In this document: piece after piece, positions 39,301 to 52,723 of the stretch
Numbering within the stretch: the first letter of the stretch is position 1
Layout of the letters: each line of letters begins with the position of its first letter
Origin: Catajapyx aquilonaris
Taxonomy: Eukaryota
Assembly: GCA_000934665.2 (NCBI GenBank)
Contig: KZ538162.1
Location: 1 to 64,000 of the forward strand
Direction: 5' to 3'
Length of the DNA stretch: 64,000 nucleotides
Notes under the pieces: model-generated
What the model saw: the letters and a program-made list of their open reading frames with translations, nothing else
Told to the model about the DNA's origin: nothing
Database searches by the model: none
Position numbers and translations under genes: made by a program

Positions 39301-42300
39301 TTCTCCCTCTACCTGCACATGTACCCTGCTTATTCCGTGGGAAACCCAAAAAATATATATAGAGGCCACGAGTTAGAAGAACAAGAGGAATACCTTCGCT
39401 AGGGTCGTACCATGAATTATCGCCTCCCATTTATAGACGTCAGGTTAAATTCCAGCCCGTGTCACAAGCGCCGGCAGGAGGTCGGGGACATCCAAGGGCG
39501 TCGGATATAAATCAACACCTCTCTCAAGATCCCTCTTGCGGTCCCAGAAATTCCCGGCAACCCCCCCCCCCCACCCTTTCCCTGATAATTGAATAAGATA
39601 ATAGCATCAAGACTCTCAGGTTTCAATATGAAACTCTACGCAACGGCATTGTAAATGGTAACCTTAGTTGGCTCTTTTGGGGAAGCTCCGGTTTACAACC
39701 CGACCCCTATAGGGATCATAAAGGGGGTTTCGCCCTGGCATCATTAGCGTGGCTTTTTGTCTTGCCCTCCAAAATGTAAAGTGAGAGAACCATAGCACAG
39801 GTTGCATACCCTCAAGGTGACTGGCCTCTGGTCATAATTAAAACCTGCAAAATTATTATTTTTTCATAGGAATAAACCTGAATTTAATAATAATGGAAAT
39901 TTAAAGTGGGTTAATTCACATCTTGGCGTTCAGGTCTCTTCCACTTATTAAATATGTAGACTAGCAGAGGACCCGACGCTGGGTTCATATTCGAGGGCGA
40001 TTTAGGATTCTGCCACTTGCCCACCACATAAGTTGGCCATTTCTATGACCTCGGATCCCCCACCTGCAGTTCGGCCAATGCCCCGGCCATTCGCTCCTCG
40101 ATAGAGCCAGATAATCCTCTCGACTCTTGAATATCAGAATATCTGATAATTGCTAGAATTTGGGGGTGATAATACCTTTTCTTTCCTCGCCGCATTTGCA
40201 GATAATTACACCTATACTTTTGCGTCGGTGTATGAAAATACAGGTCCTCTGATCCATTGGGACTCAACGGAGAATGCTCCATGTTAATCGATATCAGAGG
40301 TGATAATGCATAATTAGGGACTGCGATTAGTGGCTCAGAGTCCTGACTACCACGTAACATTAAATGTTTACAAAGATCATAAATAAACCCTCCCAGTCTC
40401 CGTAATTGTACAAGTACACTGTGGCCTTTCACCACTTTTATCGGGGATTCATTGATAGAAAGACTATACGCTTTTATGGAGGAAAAAAAACATTCCGCAT
40501 ACTTTATCATAAATTAGAACTGTAATCCATTTGTTGCATACAAATTACGAGCACATCAGCATTTATGTTGAATTGTTATAAAAAAATACTATCTAGCTGG
40601 CACTAGTAAATTAATCAGCTACATCGAACGACTGGAGTAGTTTCTATACCGAATATGTCTACCTATAATAGAAACAGCATAATTATGCCATAATTTTATT
40701 CATCATTTCGGATAATGTAACCAGTGTATACGTATAACATCAATATATTGTAACGTCAATAAACGACATAATTCCCTCCCTGATTAAGAAGTTTGTACAG
40801 TCGTGAGTATAATAGGTAGGAATTGTCATAATTCTAGCCAACACTATACCATAATAGCTTAATTCTCGCCTTGAGACAGAAACATCTCCAGTTTTACAAT
40901 GAACTCATTGGCAGTTCCGCCCAATTATGCCCATCATTATGCTCGCTACTGTACAAGAAGGTTATGCGCCAAATTGGAATAAATGAAAGTAATTGTGTCG
41001 GAGTACTCCTACACATGACACACCAGCTTAAGTGACTTCATCATCATCATATGACGTACAAAGTTGAGAGGGTAAAAAAAAAAAACCCGGCTATTCATTA
41101 TGGAATATAGGCTCAGGCGACATAAAGGGGCCTTACTCGAAAGTTGTCATTCATCCACTTAATAAGTGATTGAACCATTCCATCGCGTTCCACTGACGCT
41201 TACCTCTAACGCTTTAATCAACAAGCTACTCAGTTTTCCGTAGACAGTAAAAAATCACTGATCAATACAATACCAGGAAGCTGGTCAAAAAAAACAACAA
41301 CACATAACAGCGTCACCCCCCGATCAAATTAAAGCAATTACATTTTGCGGCTCAACACCCAGAGCGACTCGCTATAGGCCTCCCACCACACATGTCAAAA
41401 AGCAAAGAGAGACTGACACACCTGCAATACCTTGTGTCAAGTATATATCACGAACCGGGGTCTCGCCAACAATTAAAAATTTCCGCTCTCACAAACCACC
41501 CTGGATGTTTTTTTTTAAAAAAAAAACAACTTTCTGACAGTTTGTCGGCTTCAAATGCAGCATCCTGAATACAACACGGCCAACACGTATAATCTATGCG
41601 TAGACCACACGGTTGTTGAAACAACACTACCGTTCATTGTGGATGCTAAACTCCACACAATTGTTAAGCACACCCTAGCTCAAATATACAAATGAGTACA
41701 AGGGGACGAACCAATCTCACAACAATCAATGACATCCCCTGTTGTTGATGCCTTATATAAAGCACCCCCTAACGCTCTCAAAAAATTGAAAATAATTTTC
41801 CACGCCCATTCCTAGGGGAGGGCCATATATAAAGGAGCAAAGGGGAGGAACATGACGAAACATTTTGGTTCAAGTTGAGCTAATATTGCCCTTTCTCCCT
41901 CGTTAGTATTCCGAGGTGAGTCACATCAAGCGTTAACGGCCGCGATAATGTACGGCAATAAGACGGAACGGTGGGCGGTGTTTCATTCGACGGCTTTTAC
42001 AACCAGATACACGAGCTGTAAGCCCTGGCGCACCCCTGTTATTATTTCATGATGATCGCGGAGATGTAGCCCAGTTTGCGGTCTAGTTAGAGGAACATGA
42101 GGCATATGTGACTGCCACCTAAAGCCCCTTCTCAAGTCAGCTTGTTGGGAACTGTGTATGTTAAGCGCAGGCCATCAAGACGGTCCAAGGGTGGCTTAAC
42201 AAGGAGAGAAGATTGGGACCCCAAGACATTGACAAGAGGGGGACTAACAGGATGGTTTGAAGGGGGAAATGGGCGTGTCCCCTGAGGGAATCACACACAT

Positions 42301-44554
42301 TCATTTTTCACTTCCAAATGACGGAGATTGCCTAGGGTTTCCTGACATAGGATCCCCTTATTATTACTGATGCTCTCAGGCGGCGAGTCTTTGTGTCGGC
42401 GGCCAGAAAAACATCCGGGAAGAGGATTTTGTAGATATAAATAGGATAATGTGCGGGTTTTTTTGGCAGGTGTTTATCCCAATATGCGTTACTGTATATA
42501 GGCAAGTGATGTGAAAAAATTCCGGCATGAATGATTTACTGTGAAAGTAGCCGCTGGCGAAATCCGGTGCGTGGAAAAATTAATGAAATGGCGGTTTCAC
42601 TCGCTCCAAGTGTCCCAAAGTTCGGAACTCCCTTCCTATAAACCAGGTTTTTTGGGTGGTTACGACCGTATTTTTTTGGACGAATCCAGCTTGCTAAAAT
42701 GTTTTTCCAAGAGTTTCCTTTTTGCAAACATCCAAGCGAGGCAAAGAACCCCTGGTGTTGTGTTGCATGTTGTGTCGTCTCTATACGACAGTGTGCCGCT
42801 TGGGGGGCACAAGCCCTTTTATTTAATCATGCACATTGTATGCAAGTTGTACGAGAGAGTAGAGTTCCATTGTCCGGTAAATGTCCAGTGATGGACAGCG
42901 AACAGTACACCCAATTTACTTTTTTAGGAAGAGGAAACCGCCACTACATCTTTTATTACTACACCACTATTATCTTCTAGTGGAGGATTTAACTTAAGAG
43001 TCAAGTGCAGGAGAAAATTTATTATCGACTATTTCCGCCCGTCTTTTGTGTCTACTGTCCCCCTAAGAAAACCCGGGCCTGTCCCATTGTTGACATGGCA
43101 GGAATTGTGACTTTGGCAGAGGCAGCTAATTTTCCGCATTATTCGTTTGGCAATTATGAGGGGCTTGACTGTTAAGATTTGTCATTTGGCGTGAATCCAG
43201 TGTCGGGAAGCGGCGGCCAATAGAGCGGGATCAAGGGATTGGGCATTCCAAATTAACTCCGGGGCTTGATTCTCTGAATGGATGTTGACTTCCAGCGGTC
43301 CAGAAACATTACTGCCATAAGTTTCAATATCGCTATAGGAGCAAGCTTACGTGCCTTGCATGATAGCGCATGATTCTTGTAATGCACGGGGAAAAAATGT
43401 CGGTGTTATAACTATATGCAACATCTGTCAATTTATGGCAAGGGAGGTCATAGTGTTCTCAAACAAAAAAAAAAACTTTTAAAAAAGGTATAACACCAAC
43501 GAAGTAGATTTTGTTGGCATGTGCCACGGAGCCCAGGAATATTTATCAGTAATCTGAAAAGTTACAGCGAACAATAACAATTTCTCATTATTAGAGCTGC
43601 ACCGAGCTCGTTTTGTATGCAGAGCGCGAAAGCCTTAGTCCACGATGCAAACCGATTGTCGGCGCTTCTCGCGCAAATTCCCCAAAGCTGCATTACATAA
43701 ATTATCTCTGACAATAACTCCGAGAGAGGGAGGTAGCAAAAAAAAAAAAAAAGTATTTAAAAGAGAATTGCAGCTATATTTTGTTGGGAGCACAACAGTC
43801 CATACTTTGGCCCTGTTTGTGCGAAATAAGTAGCGCAGAAAAATTGGACATTGCATGACCCTAACGAGAGTTGTTGTCCCGGCTTACGTAAAAATTACAC
43901 GTTTAATCTCTGGACGTGGTAGGAGAACCAAGCGGAACGGAAGAATCTCATCAACATTTATTAAAACATTTCCTGCCTGCATCCAATATGTCCTCTGGAC
44001 AGGGTATTTAAAAAAAGAATCGTTTAAGAGTTCCTTGGTCAAAGATCACGTGCAGGAAAAGCATTATAGAGCGAGGTAAAGCGTAACCTTTTGTAATGTC
44101 AATATTAGCAGTTGTTCCCACGACTCATAATTTGGGGACCCCCTGGTCAGGAAATCCTGTGCGGGGAGGTGGGGTCCTGCCTTGGGTAAGCGGGGGGGGA
44201 GGGGGTTTAAGGCCTCGTTAGAGGGGTCAGAGCGTTGATGATGACTTATCTCTTTCCATCGGCGTTTTCGAGATGGAGCTGCAAGTCGGCTCCAAAAGCG
44301 CACGCACGAGTCTCCACCACAATGAGCGCGATAAATCAAAGGGAGAATGTCACCCTCTTTGTGTGTGCCACGTTCACCGAGCCTGGCCCCGTCTGGCTTT
44401 TATAGCCGTATTTATCATCCATTGCCCCAAAACTGTGCTCTATTGCCCCTATACTACTATTCCTACTACTTTAGGATGCTCCCTGCCCCAACTAAACATC
44501 GATTCATCAATACAAATCGATATAAATCGGTAAATACCAATAAAAACGAATCTA

Positions 44555-44656
44555 CGACTTTTGGTTGCCGTGCCATTTGGCTGTCGTGACATTTGGTGAG
44601 CCAATTTAATCAGCATCCAAATGACCCGCAGCCAAATGACCGTCGGCCAGTAGTCG
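44555..44656. repeat. Small foldback element with CATTTGG sub-repeats
   Basis: CGACTTTTGG...CATTTGGCTGTCGTGACATTTGG pairs imperfectly with CCAAATGACCCGCAGCCAAATGAC...CCAGTAGTCG. Confidence 0.6.
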
Positions 44657-44675
44657 GCAGTTGAGTGGCATCTGA

Positions 44676-44867
44676 ATCGATAAATATCCGCTCAAGTCGA
44701 TAAATATCGATAAATATCCGATTAAGTCGATAAATATCGATAAATATCATAAGTCAATATCCGATTAAGTCGATAAATGTCAATAAATATCCGCTTAAGT
44801 CAATAAATATCGATAAATATCCGATTAAGTCGATAAATATCGATAAATATCAGTATAAGTCGATAAA
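44676..44867. repeat. Minisatellite, ~30-bp unit built of 10-mers (ATCGATAAAT / ATCCGATTAA / GTCGATAAAT)
   Basis: Direct tandem array of about 6 units. A degenerate 10-bp-periodic relative lies at ~44497-44553. Confidence 0.9.
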
Positions 44868-45830
44868 ATTTTAAAAATTCGATTTAAAGTTCAATTTCTG
44901 CCTTTTGTCACATCTGTTGAGTGTTAACACATCAGCGTACTTACACCAGAGGCTTCGGCCTTCGATGATAAAAATATTACAGTAGAGATACGCTATTCTT
45001 AAGAGATTAGGATCATGACTCGACGGTGCATCGTGAAGGGGGAGGTGTAATGAAATATCAAGTGAATTCATGCAATATTTTCAAGTACAAGAGTGGCATA
45101 GACTGCGCACTAAGCCGGGAGGATCATCCTCATGTTTTTTTTTCTTCTTTTTCATTGCCTGCTGGCTTTAAAAAGAAAGAAAAAAAAACAACAGAAGAGG
45201 CAACTTGCCGGAACGAGTGGAGGGAGGTACTGTAGAATATATCGTATATAAAAAAGTGCGCGCATTTTGTGCAGCACTCGCAGGCGAAGAGCACACAACT
45301 CCGCCCTATGGTTACTTAACTTGCAAATACCGGAAAAGCCGCTTGCTACGGGGCTTTTGCAGGCGATTAGTTTGCGTGGAGGAAGCCAGTCATGAATCAC
45401 CGTTTTTCTCATCATCGCCCTAATGTGTGCATGGAACCGTACCGGACTATACCCACTTTTTTATATATATTTTTTCCAGAGCGGGTGGGGGAGTATGCTT
45501 TAACCGACACGTGTTACGGGGACCCTGTAAAGATGAGCCCGCAATGTCCACATAACTATTCTAGGGGGGAGGCTAAAGCTTCAACGTAAACAGTGTCGGT
45601 ATGATGCCATGGGGGCGTCCCAAGGAGTACAAAATTAAGTGCAGACGGATAGAACGTTAGCCACAAAGTCCTTCGGCACACACGCATTGAATCAACCCAT
45701 GCAATCGGTCCATGTAATCGCAAAAGTCATCTTTTTTTGATTTCGCCCAATATGGCCATGTAACAAATATGGCCGATGTGCCCAATACAGCCAATATGCC
45801 CAATCGATCCAATCCAGACAGGGGGCCATC

Positions 45831-46061
45831 TGGACGGTGTTATGCAATAATGATTCAACCCACATAAGAACAGTTTTGAGAAAAAGGTCATACCTATGAA
45901 ATTAATTCAGTGTTCTTTTCGGTCATTTGTGGCAGAAATATGCAGATTTCGTCACCTTTGATTTGAACTGAATGAAGTACTATCCTTTGGGTGTATGTTC
46001 CTGGGCTTATCTCAATTTTGACATTTTTGTGGGTTGATCCATTATTGCATAATACCGTCCA
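45831..46061. mobile_element. MITE with ~33-bp TIRs
   Basis: Left end TGGACGGTGTTATGCAATAATGATTCAACCCACA versus reverse complement of the right end TGGACGGTATTATGCAATAATGGATCAACCCACA. The ends may extend to flanking GGCC. Confidence 0.75.
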
Positions 46062-47499
46062 TATAAGGCCAGTGTTGCTCACCTCATTAGAGGCAGTTTC
46101 TCCCCGTGTGTCACCAGCCATCCATCTCAATCCCAGGCCGATCCTACGGATTCTCACCAGCAACGACCTCTGGCTCTGTTCTGACAACAGCCAGAGACCT
46201 GGACCCGAAACACCCCCACAGACGCGTCTGTTGGATTTATGACTAATTAACGCCCCGCCAGCTCGGGCTGCTCTCCGGACTTTCCGGATGGGTCATGGGG
46301 GTCACCTCAAACCCAGACGCACCAGCTTTGTTCTTCCCCGACAGACTCCGGGGCCAAAAGCTGAATCAATATTTGGGCATATTCAGGCATACACATCTGG
46401 CCGCAATTAAGACGCCTGGTGACGATCATGCTAATTACGGACCCTAATGTAAATTTTTAATAGGAAAAAAAAGACTTGAGGGGGAAGGGATTCAATCAAG
46501 GGACAAAATTGCTTGGGAAACACGTTTTAAATAATCAATCGGTTTTAGCGCCCTCTGACCCCTATTTACAGGCCAAAAATGGCGCAGACTGCAGGATATA
46601 AACGTACTTATAACACCCTTCCCAAAAAAGATGCCCGTCAGCAAAAACCAGACCCAACTTGAGTTTTCACACCGCGTCACAAAGGAACCTGGGGCACGAT
46701 CTGGTCCAACTGCCAATCAGCGACTTTCCGCAATTTCCACCAACTACAAAGGCTGGCCAAAATCATTTGACAAAGACCACAGCAGGCAGCGCCCTCGCAC
46801 CTTATGTAAAGGTACTAATCCGCAGGTTCTTCTATATCAGGAAGAGGGTTTTTCTCTCCCCAAAATCCCGCAAAAGTCCATTCGGCCTTTACGCCGATTG
46901 GCACCCGAATTACACAGGGCACCAGGGGGAAGGAGGGGGAAAGACGGGGAGGGGTAGAAATTGGACGTCTGGCCACCTTCGTTTCCCGCCAGCCTTCCAC
47001 TTATTGCGCCGAGCATTTGGGGAATTGAAAATCAGTCCTAGGGGTCGTAGAAAAGGGGGGAGGGGTGGAAAAGGAGGGCAATGGTGACCCAATCCCATCA
47101 TTAGTCTGGGAATGGAAGAACTGGGGGAGGACGGGAATGAGCCGAGATATTGAGCTAGGTAGAGTAAACTGAAAAAAGGGGGAGGTAGGGGAAGGAGGGG
47201 GGGAGGGAAGTGAAAAAAACAGCTCCCTAGCTTGGGGGTCCCCGAGACGTTTCTAGATGGTCCATTTGCCTCGCCAACTGCCGTCTGGAGACACACAATG
47301 TAGGCGCGATTGACACCAATCGCCGCAACCCAAGGAAAAAGAAAGGATAATTGGGGCCCCTTTGGGCTCGGTCCTAATCCTAATTTACCGTCCCTTCCGG
47401 GCCAACCCTGCCTGTTATACCCTCTCACCATTGTTATGGTCAGATAATGTACTATCTGCCAAAAAAAATACAGATATATCCTGGAAGAGATGCAACCAA

Positions 47500-47652
47500 C
47501 ACTCGCCCAACCTGAAATATGGTCACAGTGCCCAATAAGGTCCAGTGTGCCCAGACGCTCAGTGTACCCAACACGCCCAGTGTGCCCAATACAGCCATGT
47601 TCCGCCTGATTAGACCCTCCTTTTCCGGCGGATCCTACTGGCACACCCTGTA
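47500..47652. repeat. 18-bp degenerate subrepeat array ending in a CACCCTG-TA (mariner-like) terminus
   Basis: GTGTGCCCA/GTGTACCCA units at ~18-bp spacing. TGTGCCCAATACAGCCA is shared with a similar array at ~45745-45805. Terminus CACCCTGTA at 47644-47652. Confidence 0.5.
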
Positions 47653-50600
47653 AGGGCAGGGTTCTATCATATATATACAGCAGCGGCTAATGCTGCACGC
47701 AACGACCGGAATGGAGAAACCACGTCAACGATATACCCCCATGTAAGCCAACCGGCAGATCCTATTAAAAATGCTCTCCGTACTGATTCAATTTAGCTTC
47801 ACCAGAGTGAATACTGGAAATCCTGCAGGGAACCAGATAATTAGGGGAAGCTTTTCCTGCGATATCCATTACCCTACTCTGAAAGCAGACTTGGCCGGAA
47901 GGCACTGCCGGATATTAGCCTATATTTACATCAAACGTTGTTTGGCGTCCGGGTCCGACTGTGGCGCCCCCTCTAATCACACCATAGCTCGTCACTGGTT
48001 CTGTCTGCATTGTCTTAGTCTGACACATGGTGCTAATGTCACTTGTGGATTAGCCGGATTGACGTTCGTTTCTGAATCAGGTTAGCACGACAGGCATTGG
48101 CCATTTTTTCCTTTCCCGGTAGCAAATTAGGTGAAACTCGGCTTTTATACATCGCACACAACAGGTCCCCTACTAGGAAAGAAATTAGATTTTTCTTCCT
48201 CAGAAAATCCGAAATGTGCGCAAAAAAAAAAAGCTAGTTGAGGGTATATATCCCTGCAAAGTACAATCTGTTTCAGACCTATTAGCTCCAGCTCCCATTT
48301 GCATGTTAGAGCTATTGTTCCTTAGATTAATAGTCCCCTCAACTCTTATCGATAAATTTTCCAAGTTGGCTCCCATGGAAACATGTGGTTCTCATAAATC
48401 ACTATCGGGCATCTAATACAGCTCGCTCCAGGTTCATATATACAAGCAAGGCTGCCAGCTCCAGAAATATTTATCTGCTAATATACTACATGCCGTCTCA
48501 CCTGATGCATAGATAACCCCTCGGTATAATTCGGGGGGGCCAAAGCAAGTTTACATCAGGTGGCGTCACCGGGTGTTGAATAATGCCTGAGTTTAAACTG
48601 GTGGGCTCGTAAGGGACGACAAATGTTACAGTCACACTCGTTGCCCGGCACTTATAAAAGTGTTTAACCGCAGTGAAAGTGTATCATCAAGTGAACCATT
48701 TTCATGCAGAGCACTGAACTATTAGTATTTTGCTCCAGCAGCTGTGCATAACATATGGAGGAAAAACTACGCCGTTGAAAAACCGCAAATCGAATGAAAC
48801 AGTTGGATTACTTCTAACTGCACAGAGAGGTTATGTATGAGTCTCATTACTCCTGCACTGTACTGACTGTTTTGTTACTCTTCCGCCCATCTCAACTACG
48901 CCTAGAGGGAATCGAAAGTTTATTATGCGGATTATTCTACTGCAACAAGTTGCAATTATTATACTTCACGTCTGAAACACTCTATTAGGGCTAGTATACG
49001 ATTCAAAAATGGAACAATTTTAAAGCCCTTTTATTAATGGCTGCCTGGAACCCACTGTAATATTACGCGGTACGTAGTTTTTTGCAATTTGCAACTCACA
49101 CAGCGGATAATAACTAACCCTGCGAGACTTGAAGATTTCCGATGGGGATCCCCCAAATTCGCACTACTTTGCATACCCATGATTTGCGACCTGGGTGGGG
49201 TCAACTACCTTGCAGATAGACACTGCAAAGATGACTTTTCTAGACTCTATGAAACCTCCAAAAAAGTTCGAGTCCGACTGAATATCCCCTTCCATTTTTT
49301 TCTTAAAAGTTTGCCCGTCTTTTCTGTGTTGGCTGCTGAATTATCGGTAGGCAGCACCGAGTCGAAGGAACTAGCCTTACTGTCAAAGCTGTTTACCAAT
49401 CCGAGATCGTGGAGAGAATCTACTACGTTTTATCCCCCACTTTCTTCCAATCGTCTTCTCCCTGCTGCTGCCATCCCCATCATCCATTCCTTTTTTCCTC
49501 TTATGATCAGCAGCAAAGGCCTACCTTCAACTGACAGAAGAAGGAAAGGCTTAACTAACAAAATGAAATCCCCGGATTTTTTTTTCCCCCTTCTTCTCTC
49601 TTTTCCGGGTCTTTTCACGGATAGCAGCTTTCGATGGGAATTGTGTCCGGAGGCTGCTTGATGCTGAGGATTATTTGGAAACAATCGTGCGATTAATTCC
49701 TTCTCGAATTGCCCCATTACTATTTTTATTTACTAGTTCAGAGCAGTATGGCCCGTGTCTTATTTCTTGACCGACAGAAAATATAGTCGATAAAATATTG
49801 ACGATTCTTGCAGTTCAAAGGATGTTTTTGTCTACATTTTTTTTTTCTTCTTCAAAGAGCTACTATTGAAAAGCTATAATTAACCTACGGAGGTCAATCG
49901 GGTTTGGATGAAAGAGTCAATATGACCTGGCACTGTACATAATAAAATGTTTACAAGTGCTGGCACACAAAGTGAATGTAAAAATAAACCAGGCTCCCTG
50001 GACTTTTAATTTACCAAAATTGAGTGTAAAAGTAGGCCGTTCTCATGAAATGGGAATGAAGAGCCGGGTTATATTCTCACGTAACGACTGTTCCAAAATG
50101 ACCTCTCTCGTCCGAGTTGTACAACGCTGTCGAGAGAAAAAGGTCTGGTGTGGGTACACGCACATCTTTCAAAAAAAAAAAGTGTCAGCCTCTAGCGAGA
50201 CAAGACCAGAAAAAAGGAGCAAAGTTTATGATGGACAACGTTACATAGCCTTTTTTTTCTCTGAAAGAAGTGAAGCAGACTGTAAAAGCAGCCATTCTCG
50301 TAGCCTTTTCTCTATTGGTTGGGTGCCTTTGGCCAAACGACCGACTCGATATAGACTTTTTTCTCCTCCGGAATCTGAGCGAAGGTGAACACGCAAAAGG
50401 TTTTTTCTGTAAGAATGACTAGTTTTAACCCTCTAAAAAAAATCTCCGTTTTCCATACATAGACTATCCGACCATAGTCTGCAGATTACGCGATTGGAAT
50501 CTACCTCCTTATCGATCTTCCACGCCCAGAACGTTAGTGCAGTAGCCTGAAATTGCACAGCCAGCTCCGACCATTGACATTATACCAGTACAATGGGATC

Positions 50601-50674
50601 TATCACACAGGTAACTACCGTGTCCCGGTGTGTGTAGGCAATTAGGCAGGCTGTTACGTACGACTCTGAAGTAC

Positions 50675-50707
50675 ACTCACCTGCAAAGAGAAGAAAGACA
50701 TGATTAG
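50675..50707 (-). other. Candidate recursive splice site (ratchet point) A
   Basis: Minus strand reads CTAATCATGTCTTTCTTCTCTTTGCAG|GTGAGT: branch-point-like CTAAT, pyrimidine tract and CAG acceptor directly abutting a consensus GTGAGT donor (junction 50681/50680). Confidence 0.7.
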
Positions 50708-52723
50708 TGAAGAATTTATCTTATAGCAAATGCATCTGACCCATTTTTGTCGCAAGGGTCTGACCACCAATTTCCCTGTGGATGACAGAAAAATATCCTC
50801 TTGGGAAGTATATCCTTGGGAGGAAAAAAACTTTTTCCAAACTCCCTTCTTCCTTGCTACTTTTTTTTTTGGGTGTGCTCGCTCTTCTATAGTGCGCGCT
50901 TCCATTATTTTAAAAGCATCACGTAATATATGGAGGAAAAGTTTGCATGGGATAAGGAAAACGAGTCGCTGTTTCTTTGCGCAGAAAAAAAAAATGGTGG
51001 GGATGAACTGGGCCATTCTAGGATAAAGATGAGGTTACTGTGATAATAAGGAAAGCACTGTAGTCCTCATCTGGAGCTTTTCCAGCGCATTTTCCATGGC
51101 AGGTAGGAGGATCTAAGAGAACGAGGAAAAAGCTGTGGGGGGGAAGAAACAAAAAAAAACAATGCAGAGACAAAATTTTCCCAATTTCTGTGATTCAGAG
51201 CGCATTGATCGTGGTTAGTGCATAAAGAATGCAGATAAGGTCCATTCTAGAAGCCTGCTTCAAGTAAACCTTTTTTAAAAAAAGAGTGGTCGCAGCTCCA
51301 CAAAAGGGGGGAGGAAAAGCAGGGGCCAAGCAAGGCCTCGGCATTTATTTCCTGAAATCCGGAGTGCTTGGGGCCATATTTTTCCAATTTGGAAGCCCGA
51401 ACACGAAAATGTCATCTCGCGCCGTAATGTAGGTGAAGGAAGGGAACCCCATGCACGCCGTAAAGCAAAAGCTTTTGACTACGTACCCTCCGGCTAATAC
51501 TTCACTTCCTTTGCTCTCACCTCCACTTACGATCGTTACCAAAGAAAAGAAACGATGATATACTGGGATTTCCTAGGCAGTGGGGGATATCGTTAATCTT
51601 AGCTTACGCTCATTTCGAGACGATCATGTCGTAAATTCCGTTTTTCAAAGCTGTTCTCAGACCAGATATATATACAGTAGTAGAAGAAAAAGGAAAGTAC
51701 TGTCCTCGAAGGGAGGATCCACAACAATCAAAATGCTCGAGAAGACGGCACCAGACAAAGGGGGTCAGGAAATGAAATCACCTCATGGTACAGTGCAGTA
51801 GTTTTAGAAACAGGTCGGATTCTCTCTGCTAGCTCTCGATTTTTACCGTGTTTCCGATCAATAGAAGATTCTACTCAGCAGACCAGCTCGGAACCAGCCC
51901 GATTGCTACGGATAATCTGCTACTGCGGCATCACAAGGTGGGTGGGTTGGGGTGGTAAAAAAAAAAAAAAGAACGTGTCAGTCCTCCCGTTTCCATCACA
52001 TCCACCCGTAATCTCTCATATCCTGGAGATTCTTCAACAGGCACACCACAACCAAACCGGACCGGCAAAATGCATTGATTTCCGATACAAACTTAGGGAG
52101 GGGGCGTATATATAAGGCAGGGAAGCGCATTAGGGAAAAGGCGTGTGCGACATGCAGCACGAGAAAAGCCCAACATGCGGTGCCAATGGAGTATACCAGG
52201 GGCATCGGGCAATTTGGGAGCGCCTGGAAACGTATCCCCGGATCCCTCCCACGGCTTCCGAAACCGTGTTTGACAAGCCGGAAAATGGGGCAAAGGCGAG
52301 AAAGGGAACCCTTAAACGCCCCCGCCTCCAAAAGCCCACCCCTGCAGCCCCTCTCCATAAACAAGGCGACCCAGGGAAAACAAACATCAGGATGCAAACA
52401 GCTTCTCCCTTTCCGCCTCCCCGATTCTCACACCAGTCTCCAACTCTGGATCTCACTAGTCCACCAGACTCCACAATCACTCGGATCAAACCCTCTCAAG
52501 TCGCGTATGTTACATATGTTACAAGATCTGTGGTCAATTCTGAGAAAATTTACTTTTCCTTATTTTTAAAACAAATCAAAGAAATTAATCATTTCAAGGA
52601 GCAAAATGGATGAAAGAAAATTTACCCACTTTCGCCTACGATGATCTTATTATAATAATATCGTTTGAAGCTTACTTCTGTCGGATACATATAAATGGTA
52701 TATAGCACGGTGAATGGTTGAAG

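Noticed and set aside
44676..44867. Repeat arrays as CRISPR (also 14251-14328)
   Set aside because: The units are contiguous without unique spacers, there are no cas genes, and the context is eukaryotic.
46910..47644. Longest ORF (244 aa, minus strand)
   Set aside because: It runs through G-rich tracts and an 18-bp repeat array, is low complexity, and has no recognisable domain.
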